A stretch of 64,000 nt of DNA, taken from Alistipes sp. GTDB taxonomy: Bacteria > Bacteroidota > Bacteroidia > Bacteroidales > Rikenellaceae. The stretch lies in the NCBI GenBank assembly GCA_017379015.1, contig JAFNXN010000027.1, positions 1,412-65,411 on the forward strand, given 5' to 3'. Below the pieces are notes generated by a model. The model saw only the letters and a list, made by a program, of their open reading frames with translations. It was not told the origin of the DNA and ran no database searches. This document shows, piece after piece, positions 1-8,639 of this stretch; the stretch's first letter is position 1, and each line of letters opens with the position of its first letter. The translations under genes and the position numbers were made by a program.

Positions 1-5
1 TTAAT

Positions 6-132
6 AAGTAGTAGACTCTTGTTGGCTCTTTTGGCGTCTGCCTTGTTCGCAAAATGCTCATTTACGATAAGTAAACTCCGCTTTTCGATACTCGGAGCAG
101 CCTCAAAATAGCTCAACAATAGACAACTACTT
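6..132. repeat. Palindromic REP/MITE-like element, divergent relative of the 120-bp family
   Basis: Imperfect long arms (aagtagtagactcttgttggctcttttgg ... caaaatagctcaacaatagacaactactt) surround the core caaaatgctcatttacg-ataa-gtaaactccgctttt, which is shared with the copies at 18281, 20477 and 56540. Confidence 0.65.
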
Positions 133-220
133 TATCCGAATCAACAATATATTAGGGTGTCAATGAAATACTTGGCACCCTTGCATAGAAAAATTAACAA
201 GCTAAAAACTACAATCTAAT

Positions 221-1465
221 ATGGTAAGAATTAAGCCCTTTAAGGGTATCCGCCCTCCAAAGGAGTTGGCATCTGAGGTTGCATCACGTCCTTACGACGT
301 TCTTAACTCAGTAGAGGCTAAAGCTGAGGCTGGCGAGCGTTCATTGCTCCACATCATCAAGCCTGAGATCGACTTCGATCCTATTGCTGACGAGCACTCA
401 CAGGAGGCTTACGACAAGGCAATGGAGAACTTCCGCATCTGGAAGGAGAAGGGTTGGTTGGCTCAGGATGGCGAGGAGTACTACTACATCTACGCTCAGA
501 CTATGAACGGCCGTACTCAGTACGGTATCGCTATGTGCTGCCACTATGAGGATTACCTCTCTGGTGCTATCAAGAAGCACGAGCTTACACGTGTTGACAA
601 GGAGGAGGATCGTATGATCCACGTTCGCAACCAGAAGGCTAACATCGAGCCAGTATTCTTCGCATATCCTGATGAGGCTGAGATCGATGCTATCGTTTCA
701 GGTTGGGTTAAGGAGCATGAGGCTGACTACGACTTCGTAGCTGAGGATGGCTTCGGTCACCACATGTGGGTTATCCGCGACAAGGCTGTTAACGATCGTA
801 TCACTGAGATCTTCAAGGGTATTCCTGCATTGTATGTAGCTGATGGTCATCACCGTACAGCTGCTGCTGCACGTGTTGGTCAGGAGTGCGCTTCAAAGAA
901 CCCTAACCACACTGGTGATGAGGAGTACTGCTTCTTCCTTGCAGTTACCTTCCCAGCATCACACCTCCGCATCATCGACTACAACCGTGTAGTTAAGGAC
1001 CTCAACGGTCTTTCAAAGGAGGATTTCTTGAAGGCTATCGAGGAGAACTTCGTAGTTGAGAAGAAGGGTGCTGAGATCTACACTCCTAACGCATTGCACA
1101 ACTTCGCAATGTACATCGACGGTGAGTGGTACTCAATGACTGCTAAGCAGGGTACTTACGACGATAACGATCCTATCGGCGTTCTCGACGTATCAGTTCT
1201 CTCTAACCTCGTTTTGGATAAGGTTCTTGGCATCGCAGATCTTCGTACATCTAAGCGTATCGACTTCGTAGGCGGTATCCGTGGCTTGGGCGAGTTGCAG
1301 AAGCGTGTTGATAGCGGCGAGATGAAGGTTGCTTTCGCATTGTATCCAGTATCTATGCAGCAGCTCTTCGACATCGCAGACACTGGCAACATCATGCCTC
1401 CTAAGACTACTTGGTTTGAGCCTAAGTTGCGTTCGGGTGTTGTTATTCACTCATTCGAGGAGTAG
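221..1465 (+). CDS. DUF1015 family protein
   Basis: 414 aa with PYDV, HELT, YVADGHHRTAAA and MPPKTTWFEPKLRSG motifs typical of DUF1015. Confidence 0.88.
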   Translation: MVRIKPFKGIRPPKELASEVASRPYDVLNSVEAKAEAGERSLLHIIKPEIDFDPIADEHSQEAYDKAMENFRIWKEKGWLAQDGEEYYYIYAQTMNGRTQYGIAMCCHYEDYLSGAIKKHELTRVDKEEDRMIHVRNQKANIEPVFFAYPDEAEIDAIVSGWVKEHEADYDFVAEDGFGHHMWVIRDKAVNDRITEIFKGIPALYVADGHHRTAAAARVGQECASKNPNHTGDEEYCFFLAVTFPASHLRIIDYNRVVKDLNGLSKEDFLKAIEENFVVEKKGAEIYTPNALHNFAMYIDGEWYSMTAKQGTYDDNDPIGVLDVSVLSNLVLDKVLGIADLRTSKRIDFVGGIRGLGELQKRVDSGEMKVAFALYPVSMQQLFDIADTGNIMPPKTTWFEPKLRSGVVIHSFEE

Positions 1466-1503
1466 CATTTATTGTGAAAAGCCGCAATCTGCGGCGCATC
1501 ACT

Positions 1504-1557
1504 AAAAGTAAGAGACTTCGGGCTGTACTAAGGTACTATCCCGAAGTCTCTTCTTTT
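1504..1557. terminator. Probable bidirectional intrinsic terminator
   Basis: aaaagtaagagacttcggg ... cccgaagtctcttctttt hairpin between the convergent DUF1015 gene and ruvB. Confidence 0.7.
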
Positions 1558-1701
1558 GTGATACACCACATCTCACGACTTTTGACAATAAATCGGGTCG
1601 TGGTGGTTGGGAACTAAATTTATTTTCGGGCTGTACTAAGGTACTATCCCGAAGTCTCTTCTTTTGTGATGCACCAAATATCACAACTTCTGACAAGAAA
1701 T
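1517..1701. repeat. Direct repeat, two copies 108 bp apart
   Basis: 46 bp identical (1517-1562 and 1625-1670), followed by about 30 bp of diverged similarity. Confidence 0.85.
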
Positions 1702-1857
1702 TGTGGTATTATCCTAAGTGTATACCTCGACATCGTTAAAGTCTTTTCGTGATTTGTACTGCTAATATTATATCGACATAGTGCATACGACTATGATATC
1801 CGATGTCGTACTATCCGAATTGTCCAAATGTCTTATAAAAGACCATTAAGAGTATCG

Positions 1858-2874
1858 TTAGAATAGCGACTGCTCCTCAGTTACTGAGTAGGCATATCCT
1901 AGATGGCGATATGCGAGCTCTGTTGCCTCGCGACCACGTGGCGTGCGCTTCAAGTATCCCTCCTTGATGAGGAATGGCTCATATACCTCCTCAATAGTTC
2001 CTGCCTCCTCGCTTACTGCCGTAGCTATAGTGTTTAGTCCCACAGGTCCGCCGTTGAACTTATCTATGATTGTGGCAAGTATCTTATTGTCCATGTGGTC
2101 CAATCCACGTGAATCGATGTTGAGTGCCGTGAGTGCGATGCGTGTGATATCTATGTCAATGTGACCTTCGCCCTCGACCATTGCAAAGTCGCGTACGCGG
2201 CGAAGCAGAGCATTCGCTATACGTGGTGTACCACGTGAGCGCAGTGCTATTTCGAGTGCTGCGTCGTCATCTATAGATATGTCGAGTATTGATGCTGAGC
2301 GTTTTACAATTCCCGATAGTGTTGTTGCATCGTAGTATTCAAGATGGCATGTTATGCCAAAGCGAGCACGCAGTGGGGCAGTTAGTAGTCCACTGCGCGT
2401 TGTTGCTCCCACAAGCGTAAATGGAGCAAGCTCAATCTGAATGCTTCGTGCCGCAGGACCCTTATCTAGTACGATGTCTATCTTGTAGTCCTCCATTGCT
2501 GAGTATAGATACTCCTCGACAATGGGGCTTAGGCGGTGTATCTCATCAATGAAGAGCACGTCGCCAGGGTTTAGGTTGGTGAGCAATCCTGCGAGGTCGC
2601 CAGGCTTGTCGAGCACTGGTCCCGATGTTACCTTGAGCTGAGCACCCATCTCATTTGCAATGATGTTTGCAAGCGTTGTCTTGCCCAGTCCTGGAGGGCC
2701 ATGAAGCAGGGTGTGGTCGAGCGAGTCGCCACGCATCAGTGCCGCCTTGATAAATATCTTGAGGTTGGCGACAATCTTCTCCTGACCCGCAAAGTTTTGC
2801 AGTTGTTGCGGACGTATGCGGCTCTCGAACTCCTTGTCGCTCTCGATGTTTCGTAAGTTTCTATCTACTCCCAT
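1858..2874 (-). CDS. ruvB: Holliday junction branch migration helicase RuvB
   Basis: Walker [50 protein letters not shown] and RTPRGR. Confidence 0.97.
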   Translation of the reverse strand: MGVDRNLRNIESDKEFESRIRPQQLQNFAGQEKIVANLKIFIKAALMRGDSLDHTLLHGPPGLGKTTLANIIANEMGAQLKVTSGPVLDKPGDLAGLLTNLNPGDVLFIDEIHRLSPIVEEYLYSAMEDYKIDIVLDKGPAARSIQIELAPFTLVGATTRSGLLTAPLRARFGITCHLEYYDATTLSGIVKRSASILDISIDDDAALEIALRSRGTPRIANALLRRVRDFAMVEGEGHIDIDITRIALTALNIDSRGLDHMDNKILATIIDKFNGGPVGLNTIATAVSEEAGTIEEVYEPFLIKEGYLKRTPRGREATELAYRHLGYAYSVTEEQSLF

Positions 2875-3055
2875 CCTGTCGTTGTATAGCTATTTATCTG
2901 CAAATATACAATTTTGCTTTAAAATTTACAAATGTATATCGCCAATACACTGCCTATCTTACATTGACCGCAATTGAACTACATATATTTACCCTAAACA
3001 ATATCTTATTGTGGTGAATTATGACAATAAATTTTTTAGTTCGGAATATTCATTG

Positions 3056-3092
3056 TAAATTTGCCGAGTATTATATCTCTATTAGAGATATA
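3056..3092 (+). promoter_or_regulatory. Bacteroidota -7 promoter box followed by a 9-bp inverted repeat
   Basis: TAAATTTG at 3056-3063, then tatatctct-att-agagatata at 3072-3092. The divergent ruvB -7 box (TATATTTG on minus) is at 2901-2908. Confidence 0.6.
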
Positions 3093-3142
3093 CAAAAATG
3101 AAAGCTTTACATTAACTTTTAATTTACTTAAACAAACACACT

Positions 3143-6100
3143 ATGACAAACAAACTTTTTAGGTCATTCTTCGTGGTTGCAATGCTCTTGGGCTCGGCTC
3201 TTGGCTTTGTGTCGTGCGAAACGGATGATGCTCAGAGTGGCGATCCAACACTCGAGCTGTCGACCAAGTCGCTTAACTTTACTATCGAGGAGGGTAGTGA
3301 GGAGGTGACTATCACTGCTAATGCAGATTGGAAAGTTGAGAACGATGCTGATTGGGTTACTGTTACTCCTATGGCTGGTAATGGTAATGGCAAGATCACT
3401 GTTGCTGTTGCGCAGAACGACTCTGGCAATGCTCGTTCAGCCGTTGTTAAGGTTACAGTTCTTCACAAGACCTATGGCCCATGGGAGACTTTGAAGATCA
3501 ATGTCAATCAGTCGGCTAGCGAAGATGTGGCAGTTACTGAGGAGTTGCTCTATGGCGATAACTTCGATGGCGAGGAGGCTACTAAGACTTATGGTCCAGA
3601 GTCATCTTCTTATCCTTACATTGATCAGTTCCCACAGTTTGCTAACGCTGAGGGCCCTGCTTCGGATAATGTAACTTACTCGGGTAAGGGTGTATCTGTT
3701 CGTTCTAACTCAACATCTAACAGCAACTACTCTGACTATGATGGTTCTGGCTTGAACAACATCTTCTTCGGTTCTTCGGCTTACTTCCAGGTAAACAACA
3801 TCACGCTTGATGCTCAGCAGAAGAGCTACAAGCTAACCTTTGGTTCGGAGAAGTACACCAAGGATGGTGATAGCGTCTTTAAGAACTCTGAGTTCCATGT
3901 CTACCTATCAAAGGATGGTAATGCATGGGCTGAGATCGACTACACTTTCGCTGGTACTGAGGGTGGTCGTTGGAATGTCGCTACTGGTGAGTTTACCCTC
4001 ACAACAGTTCCTGAGACCCTATACATCAAGTTCTCGGCAACTGTAGCAAGCGTATATCGTCTTGACGATGTTAAGCTATTCTCTAGCAATGGTGGTCAGG
4101 AGGTTAACCTAGATGATATTGAGGCTCCACAGCCATCAAATGCTAAGAAGGTGACTGTAGCTGAGTTCTTGGCTGCTGCTGAGGACTCTACTATGTACGA
4201 GCTTACTGGTGAGATTACTAACGTTACCAACACTACATACGGTAACTTCTACCTCAACGATGGCACTGGCGAGGTGCTTATCTACGGCCTTAGCTCTCCA
4301 TCAGGCGAGCAGAAGTATTGGGCTGAGTCGGGTGCTAAGCTAGGCGACACTATCACTGTTCACACTGTTCGTACATCGTACAACGGCACTCCTCAGGGTA
4401 AGGATGCTATATTCGTATCACTCGTTCCTGGTGAGGGTGGCGAGCAGCCTACTCCAGAGCCTGGCGTAGGTCCTTACGCTTCGGATGTTGAATTCGTATG
4501 CTCTACTGACGACTCTACAAACGCTGTATATAGCCTTGGTACTACTACAATTAATGGTAACGCTGCAACTGGCTTTAAGCTCGGTACTGGTAAGAAGACC
4601 GGTTACTTCAAGTCGGCTGCTGTAGGTGTGTCGGGCGACAAGTATCTTAATTTCTACGCTGTGGCTTGGAAGGATAAGAGTGCTACTCTCTACTATCGTG
4701 TTGATGGTGGTGCTGTTCAGAGTGTGACCCCTGCTGCTAATGATGGCGCTGCAAGCAATCCTCCATATAATTCTTTGGTGTTTGCTGATACTGATCACTA
4801 CTCAGTGAAGCTCACTGGCTTGACTGCTACATCTACCATCGAGTTCTCTACTGATGAGTCGTTCACAGCTGTCTCTAATGAGACAAGCGGCCGTGCTATC
4901 GTTTGCGGTGTTAAGCTTACTGACGAGGCTATCAACCCAGAGGAGGGTGGTAATGAGAATCCTACTCCAGAGCCAGAGGGTACAGTAACTATTGCTGAGG
5001 CCATCGAAGCTGCTGATGGTGCTGCTATTGTTATTGAGAACGCTACAGTTGTTGGTGTTTACGCTCGTGGCGTGTTGATCGAGGATGCTACAGGTAAGTT
5101 GCTAGTATATGCTGGCTCAGCCGTTTCGGCTAATGTTGGTGATGTTGTTAAGGTAGAGGGCTCTATGGCAACTTATGGCGGCTTGCGTCAGGTTGCTACT
5201 CCAACTGTGACCGTTACAGGCTCTACATCTTACTCTTATCCTACTGCTACCGTGATGGATGGTGCTGCTATGGATGCTTATCTCTCTAACCCAGTTATTA
5301 AGTATGTTGAGTACACTGGTACTTTGTCGATCAGCGGCTACTACTATAACGTTACTGTTGATGGAGCTTCCACAGCAGTTGGCTCGTTGGCATACGTTAT
5401 CGAGGGTACTGTTGACGCATCGTTGGATGGTCAGAAGATCTTGGTTAAGGGTTGGACCATTGGCTTCTCAGGTGGTAAGTATGTTAATACAATGATCACC
5501 TCTGTTACTGCTGCTGATGGCGGCTCTACTGAGCCTACTCCTACTCCTGATCCTACCCCTGATCCAGAGCCTACTCCTGGTGATGTGCAGAAGGTTACTG
5601 TAGCTCAGTTCTTGGCTGCTGCTGAGGATGACACTGTATATGAGCTTACTGGTGTTATCAAGAATATAGCAAATACCAATTATGGCAACTTCGATCTTCA
5701 GGATGAGACTGGTACTGTATACGTTTACGGTATCTACGACGCCGACGGCAACAAGGTGTTCACATCGCTCGGTCTTAAGGAGGGCGATACACTCACTATG
5801 CGAGGTGTTCGTACTTCGTACAACAACGAACCTCAAGTAGGTAACGGTGTTTACGTATCGCACGTTGTTGGTGAGACTCCAGAGGCTCCAGCTAACTCTG
5901 CTACTTTGTCTTTCGCTGACGTGGCTAACCGTACATCTTTCACTGCTGAGCAGCAGGTATGGGAGCAGAATGGCGTTAAGCTCACTAACGACAAGGCTAG
6001 CTCAACACACGATGTTGCTGACTACGCAGCACCTGCTCGTTTCTACCAGGGCTCAAGCCTTAAGGTTGAGGGTGAGAAGGCTATGACCAAGATCGAGTTT

Positions 6101-6274
6101 GCTTGCAACAACGGTACTTATGCTTCAGATTTGAAGAATTCAATCACATCAGGTAGTGTGACTGTTGATGGTAGCATCGTAACTGTTACTCTTAGCTCAG
6201 CTGTTACATCTTACAACGTAGCTAAGCTCACAAAGCAGGTACGTATGAACAGCCTTACTGTTTACTACGAGTAA
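3143..6274 (+). CDS. Surface lipoprotein with BACON domain and repeated OB-fold-like modules (putative nucleic-acid-binding protein)
   Basis: Lipobox GFVSC-ETDD and a BACON-like segment (ANADW...DWVTVTP...GNG...RSA). Two copies of KVTVAxFLAAAEDxTxYELTG...YGNFxLxDxTGxVxxYG start at about 4145 and 5588, with Pro/Thr/Glu linkers. Confidence 0.75.
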   Translation: MTNKLFRSFFVVAMLLGSALGFVSCETDDAQSGDPTLELSTKSLNFTIEEGSEEVTITANADWKVENDADWVTVTPMAGNGNGKITVAVAQNDSGNARSAVVKVTVLHKTYGPWETLKINVNQSASEDVAVTEELLYGDNFDGEEATKTYGPESSSYPYIDQFPQFANAEGPASDNVTYSGKGVSVRSNSTSNSNYSDYDGSGLNNIFFGSSAYFQVNNITLDAQQKSYKLTFGSEKYTKDGDSVFKNSEFHVYLSKDGNAWAEIDYTFAGTEGGRWNVATGEFTLTTVPETLYIKFSATVASVYRLDDVKLFSSNGGQEVNLDDIEAPQPSNAKKVTVAEFLAAAEDSTMYELTGEITNVTNTTYGNFYLNDGTGEVLIYGLSSPSGEQKYWAESGAKLGDTITVHTVRTSYNGTPQGKDAIFVSLVPGEGGEQPTPEPGVGPYASDVEFVCSTDDSTNAVYSLGTTTINGNAATGFKLGTGKKTGYFKSAAVGVSGDKYLNFYAVAWKDKSATLYYRVDGGAVQSVTPAANDGAASNPPYNSLVFADTDHYSVKLTGLTATSTIEFSTDESFTAVSNETSGRAIVCGVKLTDEAINPEEGGNENPTPEPEGTVTIAEAIEAADGAAIVIENATVVGVYARGVLIEDATGKLLVYAGSAVSANVGDVVKVEGSMATYGGLRQVATPTVTVTGSTSYSYPTATVMDGAAMDAYLSNPVIKYVEYTGTLSISGYYYNVTVDGASTAVGSLAYVIEGTVDASLDGQKILVKGWTIGFSGGKYVNTMITSVTAADGGSTEPTPTPDPTPDPEPTPGDVQKVTVAQFLAAAEDDTVYELTGVIKNIANTNYGNFDLQDETGTVYVYGIYDADGNKVFTSLGLKEGDTLTMRGVRTSYNNEPQVGNGVYVSHVVGETPEAPANSATLSFADVANRTSFTAEQQVWEQNGVKLTNDKASSTHDVADYAAPARFYQGSSLKVEGEKAMTKIEFACNNGTYASDLKNSITSGSVTVDGSIVTVTLSSAVTSYNVAKLTKQVRMNSLTVYYE

Positions 6275-6282
6275 TACATTTT

Positions 6283-6332
6283 TCCCTTTGCTTTCATTTG
6301 GGTGGGGTAGTCCCACCCAAGTGGGCGAGGGG
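6283..6332 (+). other. Intergenic GC-rich stem-loop without U-tail (possible mRNA stability or processing element)
   Basis: catttgggtggg/cccacccaagtg stem, extended by cctttgc/gcgaggg. Confidence 0.5.
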
Positions 6333-6363
6333 TAATAATACTAAATCAATTATAGAATAGACA

Positions 6364-7560
6364 ATGCTAAAGTTGGTAAATAACATTTTAACACTACTTC
6401 TTGTTGCGGTGGTTGTCGTGCTTTGTGGCTGCGAAAATCATGTTGAAAGACTTGAGAGTTCGGCTAAGATCAATAACGAGACTGTTAAGGGCGAGAGTAA
6501 GAATTGCGCTGTTGTGCTGCGAGCAGAACAGGGTACGTCGTACCGAATAACCATTCAGTCAGAGGATGATTGGGCGCACTTCTCGGGTGGCGTAAATAGC
6601 ATTGAGGGTGTGATGGATGCCACTGATAAGGTTGTCTACATCTACTTCGACAAGAATTCGTCGGGCGTGAGCCGTGAGGCAACAGTGATGGTGGAGTTCT
6701 CGAATAGTGATGCTATCTCGCTTCGATTTACGCAGCTTAGCTACGATCGTACCATAGCCTTTAGCCGTGAGTGGGCTGAGTTGCCTGTGTGCAAAAACGA
6801 GAATGACTATATCTACAACACTCACTACGGTAAGCTGGGCTATAGGAGCGATGCACGTAACTATACCTACTGCTTCGACCCTGATGTCCGTGCCTCATTG
6901 TGGGTGGCTTATCCGCTGCATGGCTCTCACATGTCGGGTGAGGGTAATCGTAACTATAGCTCGTTTGGCTACGACCCAGAGGTTAGCACCTCGGTACAGG
7001 CAAACCTCTCAAAGTCGTATAGTGGTTGGTACGACCGTGGTCACCAGCTTCCCGCAGCTGATCGCAAATGTTCGCAGCAGATGATGGACCAGACCTTCTA
7101 TGCTACGAATATGACACCTCAGCAGTATAGCTTTAACCAGAATAAGTGGGGTGTGCTTGAGGGTCGTGTGCGTAATATGTCGTGCAGCGATACGCTCTAT
7201 GTTGTGACAGGTGCATACTTCGGCGGTAAGCACCACTCATCTATTGATGCTCAGACAACTGATCGCTCTGGTAATGTTTGCCCTACGCCTACCCACTACT
7301 ATAAGGTGTTGCTGCGTACGAAGAAGGGTAATACCGGTAAGCGTATCGACGAGATTACAGATGCGGCACAGCTACGTGCTATTGCCATCTGGCTGGAGCA
7401 TAAAAATACGGGTGACGACACCTCGATAACTGCGTCGGACTGTATGTCGGTAGCCGAGCTTGAGCAGATCGTTGGCTTTACATTCTTTCCGATGATCGAC
7501 GACTCGATAGAGGGTAAGGTGAAGAGCTCGGCAGTGCCTTCGGAGTGGGGCATAAATTAA
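6364..7560 (+). CDS. DNA/RNA non-specific endonuclease (beta-beta-alpha-Me, Serratia NucA type), lipoprotein with N-terminal BACON-like domain
   Basis: Lipobox LCGC, SLWVAYPL, catalytic YDRGHQLPAAD, TFYATNMTPQ, FNQNKWGVLE and PTHYYKVLL. Confidence 0.92.
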   Translation: MLKLVNNILTLLLVAVVVVLCGCENHVERLESSAKINNETVKGESKNCAVVLRAEQGTSYRITIQSEDDWAHFSGGVNSIEGVMDATDKVVYIYFDKNSSGVSREATVMVEFSNSDAISLRFTQLSYDRTIAFSREWAELPVCKNENDYIYNTHYGKLGYRSDARNYTYCFDPDVRASLWVAYPLHGSHMSGEGNRNYSSFGYDPEVSTSVQANLSKSYSGWYDRGHQLPAADRKCSQQMMDQTFYATNMTPQQYSFNQNKWGVLEGRVRNMSCSDTLYVVTGAYFGGKHHSSIDAQTTDRSGNVCPTPTHYYKVLLRTKKGNTGKRIDEITDAAQLRAIAIWLEHKNTGDDTSITASDCMSVAELEQIVGFTFFPMIDDSIEGKVKSSAVPSEWGIN

Positions 7561-7592
7561 GAGAGATAAATGATAAATTAATTATACAAACT

Positions 7593-8624
7593 ATGAGAAG
7601 ATTTTTATTAGTTCTATCTTGCATGGTGCTTACTGTGGCTACGGTTGTGGCGCAGGACAAACCATACATGGTGGCTTTCTGGAATTTCGAAAATCTCTTC
7701 GATATTTACGATGATCCAGAGACTCATGATGAGGAGTTTACCCCCGATGGTGTTAAGAAGTGGAACGCTATCAAGTATCAGAAGAAGCTCTCAAACATGG
7801 AGCGCGTGGTCTTTGACATGGCGGCGATCAATCGTGACTACCCAGTAGTTCTTGGCGTGTCGGAGATCGAGAACCGTAGCGTGTTGGAGGACTTTATTGC
7901 GCAGCCAAAAATCAAGGGTGCTAACTACCGCATCTGCCACTACGATTCGCCCGATGCCCGTGGTGTAGATGTTGCGTTCCTTTATCGCGCTGATGTCTTT
8001 AAACTCGAGGGATCTGACAACATCAAGCTTGTTGTTGATGAGTTGCCAAACTTCCGTACGCGTGATTTGGTTGTTATGTGGGGTACTATCGAGGGCGAGC
8101 CATTCTACTTCCTCGTGTCGCACTGGCCATCGCGTCTTGGCGGTAAGGAGGCTTCGCAGTTTAAGCGTGATGCTTGTGCAAAGCAGATTCGCGAGATTAA
8201 AGATTCGTTGCTTAAGGCAAATCCTGCAACTAAGGTTATTGTCATGGGTGACTTTAATGATGATGCTACGGATGCCAGCCTCGTGAAGGTTATGGGTGCT
8301 AAGGGCAAGGTTAAGGATCTTGTCGAGGGTGACTTCTTCAACCCATACGTTCAGATGCTTCGCGCTGGTCTTGGAACATTGGCATATCAAGATTCATGGA
8401 ACCTCTTTGATAATATCTGTGTTACCGAGAACTTGGTAAATGCTAAGGCGGGTGAGCTAAAACTTATCAAGGGCAAGAAGTTCTATGGCAACATCTTTAC
8501 TCGTCCATACATGCTTCAGCAGGAGGGTCAGTACAAGGGTTATCCTTTGCGTACGTTTGTCACTAATAATTTCCAGGATGGCTTTAGTGACCACTTCCCA
8601 GTTTACATTTATATTGGCAAATAA
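7593..8624 (+). CDS. Secreted endonuclease/exonuclease/phosphatase (EEP) family nuclease
   Basis: Signal peptide from ATG 7593 (MRRFLLVLSC...VAQ) and motifs FWNFENLFD, GVSEIEN, SHWPSR, MGDFND and GFSDHFPV. Confidence 0.9.
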   Translation: MRRFLLVLSCMVLTVATVVAQDKPYMVAFWNFENLFDIYDDPETHDEEFTPDGVKKWNAIKYQKKLSNMERVVFDMAAINRDYPVVLGVSEIENRSVLEDFIAQPKIKGANYRICHYDSPDARGVDVAFLYRADVFKLEGSDNIKLVVDELPNFRTRDLVVMWGTIEGEPFYFLVSHWPSRLGGKEASQFKRDACAKQIREIKDSLLKANPATKVIVMGDFNDDATDASLVKVMGAKGKVKDLVEGDFFNPYVQMLRAGLGTLAYQDSWNLFDNICVTENLVNAKAGELKLIKGKKFYGNIFTRPYMLQQEGQYKGYPLRTFVTNNFQDGFSDHFPVYIYIGK

Positions 8625-8639
8625 TCAAAATAACGCTAT

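Noticed and set aside
1517-1701. Possible mini CRISPR array
   Set aside because: Only two units with a 108-bp period, similarity continues past the identical part, and there are no cas genes.
1786-1810. tacgac...gtcgta inverted repeat as a WYL/DriD-like site
   Set aside because: 13-bp spacer, located between convergent gene ends rather than at a promoter, and unlike the TGACA boxes.
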